A DNA stretch of 64,000 nucleotides, taken from Mobula birostris. Taxonomy: Eukaryota. Position 1 is the stretch's first letter. Each line of letters opens with the position of its first letter. This document shows positions 1 through 11,800 of the stretch, one piece after another. Location of the stretch: positions 23,787,825 through 23,851,824 of the forward strand of contig NC_092393.1 of NCBI RefSeq assembly GCF_030028105.1, in the 5' to 3' direction. The notes beneath the pieces were generated by a model. It saw only the letters and a list, made by a program, of their open reading frames with translations, made no database searches and was not told the origin of the DNA. The position numbers and the translations under genes are program-made.

Positions 1-329
1 TGCTATACAAGCAGGACAGATACAACAGTAAATGAGTAACAAGACTCCAGAATGCAGAATTAATAAAATTATAAAATGCTTTAAAGAAAGTGTAATATGA
101 TTAAGTACAGTTAAAATGATTTTAAGAGGAGGAAATCATATTTAACAAATATAGTCATCTTTTTTCATCAGATGAAACTAACAGGATATATAATGGGAAA
201 CCCATACTGATAAAATGTCTGATTTTCCAAAGGTATCACACTTGTATCACACAGCACAAAACAAAATATTACTACAAATAATTTAACAAAATATAGCTCA
301 AAATGCATGTGAAATGGGCAGCACAGGTA

Positions 330-960
330 AACAGTTCCCTGTCTAAGTGTCGAGAACTTGATGGTGGCAGGGTATTCATTAGTCTCACATCCTGAGGGAA
401 GAAGCTGATACCCAATCAGGCAGTGCTAGTCTCTGACGCTCCTGTACCTCCTGACTGATATTAGTGGGTCAAAGAGATTATTGGTTGGTTGGCAGGGTTC
501 CTCACCAATGCATCAGGCCCTTTGTCTACAATGTTCCTAGCAAATTTCACAAAAGAGGGGGGGGGAGGGAGGGAGACCCTGGTGATCCTCTCAGCAGTTT
601 TTAACCATTCTCTATCAGGATTTGTGATCCGATGCTTTGCAGCTTCTGTACCACAGAATGATGCAGCCAGACAGGACATTCTCAATGGTGCTCCTGTAGA
701 ATGTTGTTGGAATGAGGGCAGGGAACTTTAAATGCCTCGGTCTTTTCAGAAAGTGTAGATGCTGCTGTCCCTACTTGACTAATGAGGAGCTGATGTGCAT
801 CCAGGTCAAATCATCCATTATGTACATACCAAGGAACTTACTGCTTTTTGCTCTCTCCACAGCAAAGCCACTGATGTGCAATGAAGAGTGACCAACCAGA
901 GCCTTCCTGAAGTCCACAATCATCACTTTTGTCTTGCCTACCTTGAAACTCAGGTCAGAG
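330..960 (-). mobile_element. Degenerate Rex1/Babar-like LINE 3' fragment
   Basis: Shares sequence blocks with the Rex-like RT copy at 45620-47095 (gggaagaagctg, cctgtacctcc, cttcctgaagtccacaatcat). Boundaries approximate. Confidence 0.6.
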
Positions 961-1384
961 ATGCCATGCAGAAGATTGTTACAAATATTGACGACTCACA
1001 GGGTTGGAGACACTGTTTACAACTATTCTCAGCCAGAGGCAAGTTTACCAACAGTCTCGTATTATATAGGATACCTGTATCTGAAAGGAACATTGCCTCT
1101 ATTATGATCCACTTAGATACACGGTACCAATTTTCCTGTAAAAGCAAGAGAGATTATGTACGCCTTAGGACAGGAATCTCCAAGACATGCGCAGCTCCTG
1201 GAAAGGAGCAAGCAGTGACATCCATCCCTGATTTTCCCAAACTCCTGTGCCAGGTGGTGACTACAGTCTACCCAAAACCATACCTAGGTTCTTAACAGCC
1301 CACCTGATGCTGGGCTCAGGTTTCATATCAATGTTGGCGCTTTTTTTTTAAAAAAAGCACAGGATATAAGCATGACAAGGTATA

Positions 1385-1453
1385 ATATTTCTAGGTTCCA
1401 TGATCCCTTTGTTTAATGGTATTGATCTGTTATATAAAAAGGTGGGAACCCCT
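1385..1453. mobile_element. Short hAT-like MITE remnant, same family as 53484-53560
   Basis: Ends in aaaaaggtgggaacccctg. Internal gtttaatggta block resembles the second copy. Confidence 0.4.
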
Positions 1454-2458
1454 GTTGTAGACAGTCGCTAGCCATATTGATTGGCTCCATGTAAAATGAA
1501 GGAATGGTCGACTACACTGGATAGAACAGAGTCCAAAAACGTGCAGCTTTGACACTGAACTCGTGCTACAGAACTCATCATATCACTGTACAAATGCTTC
1601 TGAATGGCTGCAACGCCCTACAGTACCTGAATATGAAGAAAATGATTTAAGTTTGTCCTATCTATAAAGAGCAGAAAAAATTCAATTCAGCTTCATCAAC
1701 CTACTTTCAATCACTGCGAAGTGGTTATAGATGTCACTAATGAAGCATCAGTAACCTGCTCAAAGCTCTAATTTGAGTTCTGAAGAACCATTCAGCACCA
1801 TATACAACAGGGCAGCACTGTGATGAGTGAACTTGTTTAACTATTTCACTTTCCAAAGATGCTGGCTGACCTGAATATTTACAGCTCTTTTTTTTTTTTT
1901 GTTTTGTATGAGACTCTACAGTTCTGGTCCACACATGGACATAAGAGATAAATTCCAGAGGTGAGTTGAAAGATACTAATATGGCATCAATGATCCTGAC
2001 TAATATTATATTAATGGGAATCAAGTGATAAAATCCTCAACTCACTCGAGTTACACAACTGAAAGGAAAATGGCTCCTAGTGTCTAATGTCTTCAAGTGC
2101 TTTGCCTGTGACCATCCATCCAACATTAGGTCAGGGGTGAGGATGTAACCTGAGATTATGCAGAACTGAGCTGAACATCATTACTCAGTGAATTAAATAC
2201 AGTCAGGGGTTCATGATAATGATGTTGAATAGATTAATAAATGGCAAGTATAACACACAATGAGTGATAGTCAATAAAAAATCTTGATGTTCAAAGCATT
2301 ATTGCTACTATCCTCATGATAAACAACTAAGAATAAAATATTGAGAAAGTTTGCCTTTGCTTAAGATGCGCCACAAATAACAGGTAAAAATGTCAAGGGA
2401 TCTGGAGAATAATATACAGCAAAGGATGAATACTTCCAGTATTGGAGGCAGTGACCAA

Positions 2459-2772
2459 TAAATAAGGCATCTGTTAGTCTTGCGAGACCATGGATCTGCA
2501 CCTGGAAAGTCTTCACTCTCCAGGGTGCAGGGTGGAGCAAGGTTGTATGGAAGACCGGCAGTTGCCCATGCTGCAAGTCTCCCCTCTCCACGACACCGAT
2601 GTTGTCCAAGGGAAGGGCAAGGGCCGATACAGCTTGGCACTGGCGTCGTCGCAGAGCACTGTGCGGTTAAGTGCCTTGCTCAAGGACACAACACGCTGCC
2701 TCGGCTGGGGCTTGAACTCATGACCTTCAGATCGCTAGTCCAATGCCTTAACCACTTGGCCACGTGCCCAAA
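2459..2772 (-). mobile_element. tRNA-derived SINE with CORE-like central block and 18-bp TSD
   Basis: Minus-strand head GGCACGTGGCCAAGTGGTTAAGG (A box) and GAGTTCAAGCCC (B box), then GTGTCCTTGAGCAAGGCACTTAAC. Flanked by perfect direct repeats attggaggcagtgaccaa at 2441-2458 and 2773-2790. Confidence 0.88.
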
Positions 2773-3162
2773 ATTGGAGGCAGTGACCAACACACCAAAA
2801 TTCATGGTCACTGTTTTTCCACACTGCAAACTGCCTGGTAAATTAACACAACAGACTGCAGACGCTGTCATATGGAACAGCAAATAACCTGCTGAAGGAA
2901 TTCCTGTCCTGATGCAGAGTTTCAATATGAAATGTTAGTAATTCCTTTCTCACCACAGATAATGTTCAACTCTGAGTTCCTCAGAGTTGTTCGTTGATTC
3001 AGATTTGTAAAGAGAATATTTATTATAGTCAACCACCAACAAACCTTGAGGGAACCAATTGTGGAAGCTAACCAAAGATTCAGTGAAATAGGGTCTGGAA
3101 ACACCAAGTCATTTTATTCATTTGGGCATACATGTACTGAAGAAAACAAATAGAATTACTAC

Positions 3163-3640
3163 TGTAATACTCTGGGTCATGTTTTTACTGTTATTTCATT
3201 TAGCAGTTCTGTCAGAGCAGTCTGTTCTGTTATCAGCCTGTCTGGGTTATTGTTGAAGATAACGGATGATGAGGAATGCGTGCCATCCAATTAGAATGGT
3301 AGCATTAGGGAGAGGTTTTCTTGGTGAGGGACAGTAAGATTGGCCTTGGGTTCTTTTCCCCCCTGGTTCGGCGGCAGACGGAGAAAGAACGCTGGGTAGA
3401 ACTGGTTGTAGGATACAACCCAGTGGTAGATCCGTTTGTTCGAGATGGAATGCGAGTGACATTCAGAAGGTGGTGTGTGTTTTCACGCCAACTGAAGGCC
3501 CAGCACATGAGTGACAGTGAAGTTCAAGATGAGCTTCAACTTGTGCACGTTTGACTATTTAATTAAAATGGGCCCCTTTTCTTTTTTTTTTTAAAACTAA
3601 CCCTTTAGTTATATTTATTTCGTGGCACTAATTTGTAACA
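3163..3640 (+). mobile_element. Probable solo LTR-like element (TGT...ACA)
   Basis: Begins tgtaatactctggg and ends gtaaca. Internally similar to the reverse complement of 36016-37091. No clear TSD. Confidence 0.45.
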
Positions 3641-5389
3641 GAGTAGCAAATTACACAGCATACACACAAACCAGCGTTGGGCGGGAGAGCCGTCTCAGTC
3701 TCAAGAGTTCGGTTAGACTGGAGAGCGTTTTCCCTAGACTTACACAGCCAAGGAAACCTGGAGGTTTCACTACCTTCTGTTCTTTTAACTGTACATTGAA
3801 TATGCACATTAGGCTTTGCAATAGCCATGATGTTGACAACAATAACCTCTCACTGATTCCAGAATGCCTTGTCATTTGCTTTTCTTCTGGAGTTGTTAAA
3901 AATCAACAGCGTCTTAAAAAAAGAGATTACTGCTGTGAACACTGCTGATTCCTTGTAAGTCTGGAGAATTTACCCATCACAGTTTGGAGTGTAAATTTGA
4001 AAGTTATGATATTTCACTGTAGAATTGAATCTTGTTTTCCATAGATACCTCTGAATTAAGTTGCAATAGGATTTTCAAGATCACATTTTAGAGACCGTTA
4101 ATTTGAAAGTGCTGTTTACATGGCTAGGTAGCACCTTAGTGTGTACATACTTTCTGGAATTGCAAGAGGTTCAGAAAATACAAATAGAAAATGCCTTTAA
4201 TACTCAGCAGGTCAGGGTGCATTGTAAAGAAGAAAACATGAGTAACATTTCATCAGAACTGGGATACGTTTTAATAAAACAAATCCTAAAGTTGCAGAGA
4301 TTCTGAATCTGATTTATTTACCACATGTATATCAAAATATACAGTGAAATGTATCATTTGCTCAACAACCAAGGATGTGCTTGGGGGTGGCGGGGGGGGG
4401 GGGGGTAGCCCTCTAGCATTGCCACTCATTCCAGTGCCAACATAATGTGGCCACCATGCTCAAAAGAACACAAGAAGGAACAAAACAACCGCAAAACAAG
4501 CTCTTTTCCTCCTTCGTAACCATGCCCAAACGCAGTCCTCCAAACGCAGCAGAAAACCAGGAGAGATGAATGATTTATACAGTGCTACTGGCTGAAAGAT
4601 TAAGAAAAATCTCACTTTTTTTTTTTGGATTTTCAGGGAGAAACCTGAAGACCTATAATTAATAATTCAGAAACAGCTTCTTCCCTTTCGCCATCAACAT
4701 TCTTGAACAGTCCTTGAAGGCCACTTGTTATAGCTTTTCTTTTGCTTTTTTTCCATAATTTATAGTAAATTGTAATGTTGCTGCAGACAACAAATTTCCA
4801 CTTCATTTAAGTTAGTGATGATAAATCTAATTTTGATTATATTTATGCAAGGATTAGTGAAGACTATAGTGTATTGAAAGATCATAGATTAAAAATTTCT
4901 GAATGGTTCAAAACATTAATGCCAAGGAAGTCATATGAACATGTATGTTTTGCATTTTCCAAGTGGAATTCAAATTACTTAGAAGGTTTGCTCAAAGTTT
5001 GAGAATAAAGATTAGCTGTATATCTATCCTGTGAATCAAATGATCCTAACGGTGACATCAAGGGATCTTTTGACATTAATTCTGAATGTTGCAACTTTTT
5101 GCTCTGCTTGATGTGATTAAAATTCTGGTTTGCAGAATGCTCCACCACCTTTAAGGCTATTCTGGTTTATAGAGTTTTACAATGTGACACTATTTGAGGT
5201 CTGGAAGATTTTCTAACTTGTATCCTAAAAATGCTACTTCCTAAAACAGTCACTGTTTCTACAATGTTTGGAAACCTCTTCTTTACACTATGACAGTACA
5301 AGACCGATCAATGAATGTGAGCATTGATTCGCTCACTGATGATAAATGAAACAGTTAGCTTCTGTCCTTCACAGTTAAAAAGCACTTAC

Positions 5390-5450
5390 CAGAGTTGTAA
5401 TTTCACCCGCCGTCCATCTAAGAGAATTGTTGTCGTCTTGTAATCAATGC
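5390..5450 (-). CDS. RAB40B: Rab-40B coding exon 2 (61 bp); later exons not seen and probably lie left of the window
   Basis: tctgacAG acceptor and GTAAGT donor. Continues exon 1 in phase: (G)IDYKTTTILLDGRRVKLQL(W). Confidence 0.95.
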
Positions 5451-6109
5451 CTGTCAGAAAAAGATACAAGTGTTATGAGAAGAACAATTAACCCACATGA
5501 ATTAATCAATAAAGAAACAGGAGTTCTTTGCCACAAACATAGCCATGCTAGAATTTTTTTTTGCCAATCACTGATTTCAGTCAGGGTTGCTTTGTAAGAT
5601 TGGAAATGAGGAGATGGGAAGGTGGCATTGGGAAAGCACACCTGTGTAGCAATCAGTGTGGCTGTTTCTTGAAGGACAGAGGGTTAGGTACGGAGTTCTC
5701 TCTCTTATTCTACTTATAAATGCTTCATAAAAGCTTCTTTGACAATGCATCCAGTTTCCAGAACCAATTTCTTTAGTTGTTTCCATGTTCCCAAAAGCCC
5801 TGTGGAGATTCTCTTTTGGATAAGAAATGTCACATACAGCTACATTATTAAAATGCAGATCTTGTTCTCAATGTACTGCCAGTACTAAGAGCAAAGTGGT
5901 CAATCAAAATCAGTTTTTTTGCACAGCTGATATTTTGGTTCTTCCATATGTAATCTGTGGTTGGAACAGCACTAATGCATCAGATCTCCACAGCATTTTA
6001 ATTGCTGGGCAAGCAATTTTAGGGGACAGCCCCTTTCAAACTCAAATTTCAATGCAATAAGTCCAAATTCACTGACAGCACTATTATTGCTGAATGAATC
6101 ACAAGTGAT

Positions 6110-6950
6110 GAGTCTGCATACAGGAGCAGGATAGGACTTGTTGTTGAGTGGTGCCACAACAACAACCTCTTATTCAAGATCAGTAAAACCAAAGAACTGA
6201 TTGATGACTTCAGGAAGGAGCAGGAGGATGGTGATGCACAGTCTACATTGATGGATCGACAATGGGGAAGGTCAACAGCTTTAATTTCCTGGAAGTTAAC
6301 ATGTCAGAGGATCTGTCCTGGGTGCAGCAGATATATGCAATCACATGGAAGGTGTACCAGAGCTTTACTTATTTTAAGGTTAAAATGGTTCAATTTGTCA
6401 TTGAACACTCTAACAAACTTCTACAGATGTAATATTAAAAGTATCCTGACTATTTATATCATGGTCTGGCAACAGACATTACATCCTTCTCCATAATAAA
6501 AACCATCTACATGAGGCACTGCCTCAAGAAGGGAACATCTATCAAAGATCAATGAAAGACCACACCAACTTGGACATTCAGTGTGCAAAAGGCAACAAAC
6601 TCTGTTCATGGACTTCTGGTCTCCTTCTCTTGAAGTCAATAATCAGCTCCTTGGTCTTTCTGACATTAAGTAACAGGTTGTTGCTATTGCACCACTCAGC
6701 CAGATTTTCAATCTCCCTCCTAAATGCTGATTCATCTCCACCTTTGATACAGCCTACGACAGTGGTGTTGTCAGCAAACTTGAATATGGCATTGGAGATG
6801 GGCTAAGCCACAGAGTCATAGGTGTAAAGCAAGTAGAGTAGTGGGCTAAGCACACAGCCCTGCGGTACACCTATGCTGACGGAGATAGTGGAGAAGATGC
6901 TGTTGCCAATTCAAACTGACTGGGGCCTGCAAGTGAGGAATTTGAAGAAC
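6110..6950. mobile_element. Two adjacent Rex1/Babar LINE fragments in opposite orientation (plus ~6110-6550, minus ~6570-6950)
   Basis: Plus part: WCHNNNL...KTKELIDDFRK-like coding remnant. Minus part: IFKFADNTTVVG RT motif. Confidence 0.7.
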
Positions 6951-7271
6951 CATCATCCAATTTACTAACAAAGTTCAGAAAGAAGAACACGAGTGTTGGA
7001 ATTCAGAAGTTATTAAATCATATGTATATACAAATGAGAACCTGTCTTCAATTCTTAATGTAAATTACAAACAGTTATCAGCTTAAAATTAAAAGAGCTT
7101 TGTAAACAAACAGTGCTGTCTACAGAGTACTGGCCCACAGCAGGTGGTTGTTCAAGAGATGCAGTTTGCAAACTAACATGACCATGACACATTCTTGTAC
7201 ACAGCAACCAAATGTAAAATAATCGAGATATGTTAATTGGCCTACATTAAACCAGACAACACTGGTTAAAA

Positions 7272-7421
7272 GACGAGAAAATCTGCAGGTTCTGGAAATC
7301 CACAAAATGCTGGAGAAACTCAGCAGGCCAGGCAGCATCTATGAAAAAGCGTAAACAGTCAACATTTCAGGAAGAGATTTGAAATGCCAACTGTTTACTC
7401 TTTTCCGTAGATGTTGCCTGG
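7272..7421. mobile_element. Penelope-derived palindromic element, older subfamily, centre deleted
   Basis: gagaaaatctgcag...cagcaggccaggcagcatctatgaaaaag with inverted cttttccgtagatgttgcctggc. Confidence 0.75.
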
Positions 7422-7657
7422 CAACACTGGTTAAGCTGTTATGCTCTGTTGTAACTGAGATCAATGAAGCCTCCAGACCAGACTGATTTTGTCACTTAGT
7501 ACAACAAATATCCCATGGACATACAAACTTGTTTTGTTTATCAATAATTGGTATACTTATGTACCAGCAAGTCAGCCCTCACAACACCAATCTTTTGGCC
7601 TGAGCTCTTTTCTTAAAAGCTTTAGCATATTCATGTGAACTACTTTGTTCTTGTAAA

Positions 7658-7891
7658 CGCAAACACGAGGAAATCTGCAGATGCTGGAATTTCAAGCAAC
7701 ACACATAAAAGTTGCTGGTGAACGCAGCAGGCCAGGCAGCATCTCTAGGAAGAGGTACAGTTGACGTTTCGGGCCGAGACCTTTTGCTAGTTAGTCCTGA
7801 CGAAGGGTCTCGGCCCGAAACGTCAACTGTACCTCTTCCTAGAGATGCTGCCTGGCCTGCTGCGTTCACCAGCAACTTTTACGTGTGTTGC
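7658..7891. mobile_element. Penelope-derived palindromic element with 13-bp TSD
   Basis: Near-perfect inverted arms of about 85 bp. TSD ttgttcttgtaaa at 7645-7657 and 7892-7904. Confidence 0.9.
7792..7829 (+). ncRNA. Minimal type I hammerhead ribozyme motif (one stem I mismatch)
   Basis: TAGTC-CTGACGA-A-GGG-TCTCGG-CCC-GAAA-CGTC-AACTG: both core boxes, stem II and an ACGU palindromic stem III are present. Confidence 0.7.
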
Positions 7892-7938
7892 TTGTTCTTG
7901 TAAAGGTGTTTTAACATTCAGGGGTGTCTTGTCAGTTA

Positions 7939-8453
7939 AGCCTGATTTATACTTCTGCGTCAACTCGACGCCGTAACCTACACAAGTGGCCTACGCACAT
8001 TGTGAGCATTTATACTTGTGCGTTGGTGTATCTGCATCACACTGCAATTCAGGCACGTCGTGCATGCGCACACACCTGTCCGCGCAAGGCTTCAAGGTCA
8101 TGGTAGCCTTTCTTGGGGTAAACAAGTTTAAAGCGAGCATCTTTTTTCGTAAAAGCGAAATGTCCCCTCCATAATTTCGGAGGTCTGTAAAGCTTTATGG
8201 AAAGCATTGCAGCCAGAGTTCCTTCCCTGCCCTTCAGTTGCCCAATGGGAAGCTATTGCAGCGTAGGAGGAAATGCGATGCTACCAAGCAGACCAATCAC
8301 AGTTGTTGCGGTCTGTGTTGCTGCGACGCATAGTTACATTTTGGGAGAGGTGCGTGTCAGGCTCTGGCATAGGGATCCGCGTCAGCTCTGCGTAGGGTTT
8401 GCGGTGACGCAGTACTTACGGCGTCCAGTTGATGCAGAAGTATAAATCAGGCT
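7939..8453. mobile_element. PIF/Harbinger-type MITE
   Basis: About 38-bp TIRs agcctgatttatacttctgcgtcaact / agttgatgcagaagtataaatcaggct, TTA TSD on both sides, CpG-rich interior. Confidence 0.85.
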
Positions 8454-9624
8454 TTACAGTATGCCCTCCACAGTAAAGATGTAACTTACTGGAGCCTTTT
8501 GTCAGATACAAAATATTGAAGTAAACAATTTGGGATATTACAGGAATTGAAATTTTACTGAATCACCTGCTGTTTTCTTATTTCTGAAGAATCCTAGGTT
8601 CTGAAACTCTACTGGGAAGATAAGATCTCCAGGAGAATTCCTGCTCGTCATGATGAATTAAAAACCCTTTATATCAACCGAGTTTAGTGCCTCTCAAGCA
8701 ACTCTGTTCATAGTCACAACTATCATCTTGGGGAACTCCATCATTATTTAGGGATATTTCATGTTCATATTATAAGAATTCATGGAAAATGGGGCTAATT
8801 TTTTGCAATCAGGATATGATTATGTATAATATTAATATTTTGGAATATTTTGTCATACAGTGGCAAGTTTACAATCTTGGTTCCAATAAAAGTTATCTTA
8901 AGCTATTCTGTTGTTTTTATTTGGCAGATGTTTAAGTGCTACACTGGCAGGGATCATCAGTAGACAACCTGTCTAACTTTACAGCAGGAAATACTGCATC
9001 AGCAGGATAACCAGAAAAGGGGAACGTTTGGTATAAAGGCACCGTTGGTGACACATTCCTGTGTTGCTACTTACTTAAAACATAACTTTTAATAATGACA
9101 GATTTAGTTAAGATCAATTACTATGAAAATTAAGGATATAACAGCAAAAAGTAGGGACTTATTTTGCTTGAAAATCCAGAATAGTTTGGCATAGTGCTTA
9201 AGCAGTACAATTAGCATTCAGAATTAAAATAATAATACACATTGAGTTTTAATCTTTCAAAAAATTTAGACATTTAATATTCACAAACTTCTGAAGCTTG
9301 TTCTCTTAATGAAGCATTCCGAAGGGGATGTGGATTTTACTGAAACATTCACTGAAAAGAGGGAATGCAGGCCTTGACAGTTGAATTGATATGTGGTACG
9401 GGTGCTGGTGTAAGGTGCAGGGTGATCGAGTAATTGGTGGGTTGTGGCATTAAACGAGACTCATCATCAGGAAGAAAATTGGCGTGGTGATAAATGAAGT
9501 GATTCATGCGAGACCCTGAGGTGAGCCAAGATGAAATTCAAGGCAACTTACCAGAATTAGCTCTCCAAGCTATAAAAGTACTACTCTCTTAATTTATATA
9601 CCAGCCCACTTGTATTTGTGAGGA

Positions 9625-9960
9625 ACTTACTTACTGCCTGTTACACTGCTGGTGTTAAGGGCAGCAATGAAGGTTCCTCAGTCTCTGACTGTCCTTAGCC
9701 ATTCAAACATAGAAGGATTTGTCATTGTTGTTTCTGTAACAGTTTTGTTTTACCAGTCAGGGTTGTCAGCCCTAAGCTGATCCCCCAAATCTGCAGGACC
9801 AGTGGACCACTTTAGTTTGGCCTCTTCCCTTTGACCTGTTTAGCATAGGTGGCAAGAATCAAAGTATAAAGCCCTAATCCCAGCTAACATTGCCTTCTGC
9901 GTCATTGGGGCATGCAAGCCTCCAAAACATGACAAGTTGTGGTCTTCTTGGAGGATTTGT
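9625..9960 (-). mobile_element. RTE-type non-autonomous retroelement remnant
   Basis: (AAGT)n-like tail (cttacttact on plus) and RTE-like terminal blocks. Family call from recollection only. Confidence 0.45.
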
Positions 9961-11179
9961 GAGGAAAACCTTGCAAAATCAAGGGAATTGACCTCACTGT
10001 TTCTGAATCTGGTGTTTATTCTGAAAAATGAGTGATATGTACTATTTGCTTCTTATTGTGACTCATTATGAAATGCAGACATGTACTTTGTCAAGAAGGA
10101 TGGTGCAAGTCCAGTTGTTAGAAAGGATGTTAGCTCAGCAGGTCATACCACAGAATTACTAACTGTTTGGGTGTAGCACAGAAGCAGCAAGTGCAGAAGC
10201 TTTGGTAGGAGATGTTTACAGGCCCCTGGATAATAGTAGAAATCGTAGAAATGTAGTCTATGGAAAAGATGAAATCAGATTGAAATCTGGGTATTGCAGT
10301 AACTGTGGGAGACTTCAATGTAATCTAATATAGACCTGATAAATCAAAGTCATACTAACAATATGGAGGATGAATCCCTGAAATGCATACAAAATGGATT
10401 TCTAGATCATAATATTCACGAATTAGTACCATGAATGGAAAGTTAATAACATAATTTTAATTATGTTCCAAGGAAAGAGTGACCTTAAACTAATGGAAAT
10501 TTACATTGCTTGTAAACCTTTTCAAAACACAGCCTCAAAAGAAGGTAATAGTTTATAAACCTTCCACAGTATGAATCTGTAAGTGTTGCTCACCACACAG
10601 CATATTTTAGTGACATTCGGTATATATTTTTTACTGATGTGAACAGCATGTTTTTACTTAGCAGTTAATTCCACATATTTTATTTCCCAAATTGCATAAA
10701 TGTTGAATCAGAGTCAAGTGAACACCACCCTCTGTAGCCTCTTACAACAGCGCTGATGATCAGTTTCTAAGTAAATGAGCATTCATCAAATATCCCCCCT
10801 CTGTATTACCTACCTTCGTGCACCTAGGAAAATTTAAGTGCCTCACCATAAGGCTTGATATTTCATAGATCAATGGAATAGAATAATAAAGCTGGACTGA
10901 ACCCTAATTTTGTAATACTTCATAATACTACAAATTACTCATCTCATTCCATGACGTTGTATATGTAAATTGTAATATACACAACTTGTTCTTTTAACCC
11001 TTTACATTGTTACACAAATATTGTTCCTTATATTTTATCATCCAATGGAATTGTTTGCTTTAATGGCTCAGCATGAGTCAACAGCATAGGAAAGGATGCC
11101 TGCTAGTTCAGTAATTATAAGCAGAAACAATATTGGGTAATTCAAAAAATGTAGACAAAATATTTATTTGGAATATATT

Positions 11180-11800
11180 AATTACTCTTTCACAGATACA
11201 AGAGATTTTGCATATGCTGGAAATCTTGAGAAACACGCACAAAATGCTGAAGGAGCTCAGCACAGGTCCGACAGTATTTCTAGAGGGAAGTAAACAGTTG
11301 ATGCTTCCGGCCAAAACCCCTCATCAAGACTGGAAATGGAGCCAGAAGCTAGAATAAGGTGTTGGGGGAAGGGAATGAGTATAGGTGAGACCGGGTGAAG
11401 GGGATGGTAGGTAGGTAAGGGTGGAGGAGAATGATGTGAAAAGTTGGGAGGTGATAGATAGAAGAGGTAAAGTGCTGTAGGAGGAATCAAAGGAGAGGAC
11501 AGTTCGATAAAGGGAAGGAGGTGGGCAACCAAGTCATGAAGACAGGGGAGGAGAAGAAAAGGGACGAGACACCACTAGAATGGGGAGAAAAGAATCAAAA
11601 AGTTGGGGCAGGTGAAGAGTACAGAGGGAAGTGGTGACCAGATGTTAGTGAAGGTGAGTTTTCTCAGTTTGGAAACTACCCAGACAGAATGAGGTGTTGC
11701 TCCTCCGACCAGAATTGAGCCTCATCATGCCAGTAAAGCAGGCCGTGGACAGATGCTTTGTGTGGGAATGGGAGGTTAAATTGGCACAGATGGTCACTCA
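11180..11800 (-). mobile_element. Penelope-like element 3' end (ORF C-terminal remnant plus pseudo-LTR)
   Basis: Minus strand carries an EEQHL(I)...LGSFQ remnant like 60520-60570, then a pyrimidine-rich tract, a decayed hammerhead core (cttgatgaggggttttggccggaagc) and the terminal block shared with the palindromes. Confidence 0.75.

Noticed and set aside
888-1295. 135-aa ORF and other 100-150 aa ORFs (53970-54416, 39977-40333, 3622-3948)
   Set aside because: No recognisable motifs or exon structure. Consistent with chance ORFs in intronic DNA.
2700-2768. tRNA-like sequences here and at 13845-13910
   Set aside because: They are SINE heads followed by SINE bodies and tails (the first with a TSD), not tRNA genes.
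1-5389. RAB40B exon 3 ([20 protein letters not shown])
   Set aside because: Searched by eye on the minus strand and not found. Probably lies outside the window.
7658-7891. Palindromes as classical DNA-transposon MITEs
   Set aside because: TSDs are long and variable (13-16 bp), the arms are asymmetric with one extended end, and the sequence matches Penelope termini, which points to retrotransposition.
7579-7903. Repeated ORFs MLVNAAGQAASLGRGTVDVSGRD on both strands (also 17649, 34780, 57438)
   Set aside because: Artefact of translating the palindromic repeat. Non-ATG starts, no splice context and no domain similarity.
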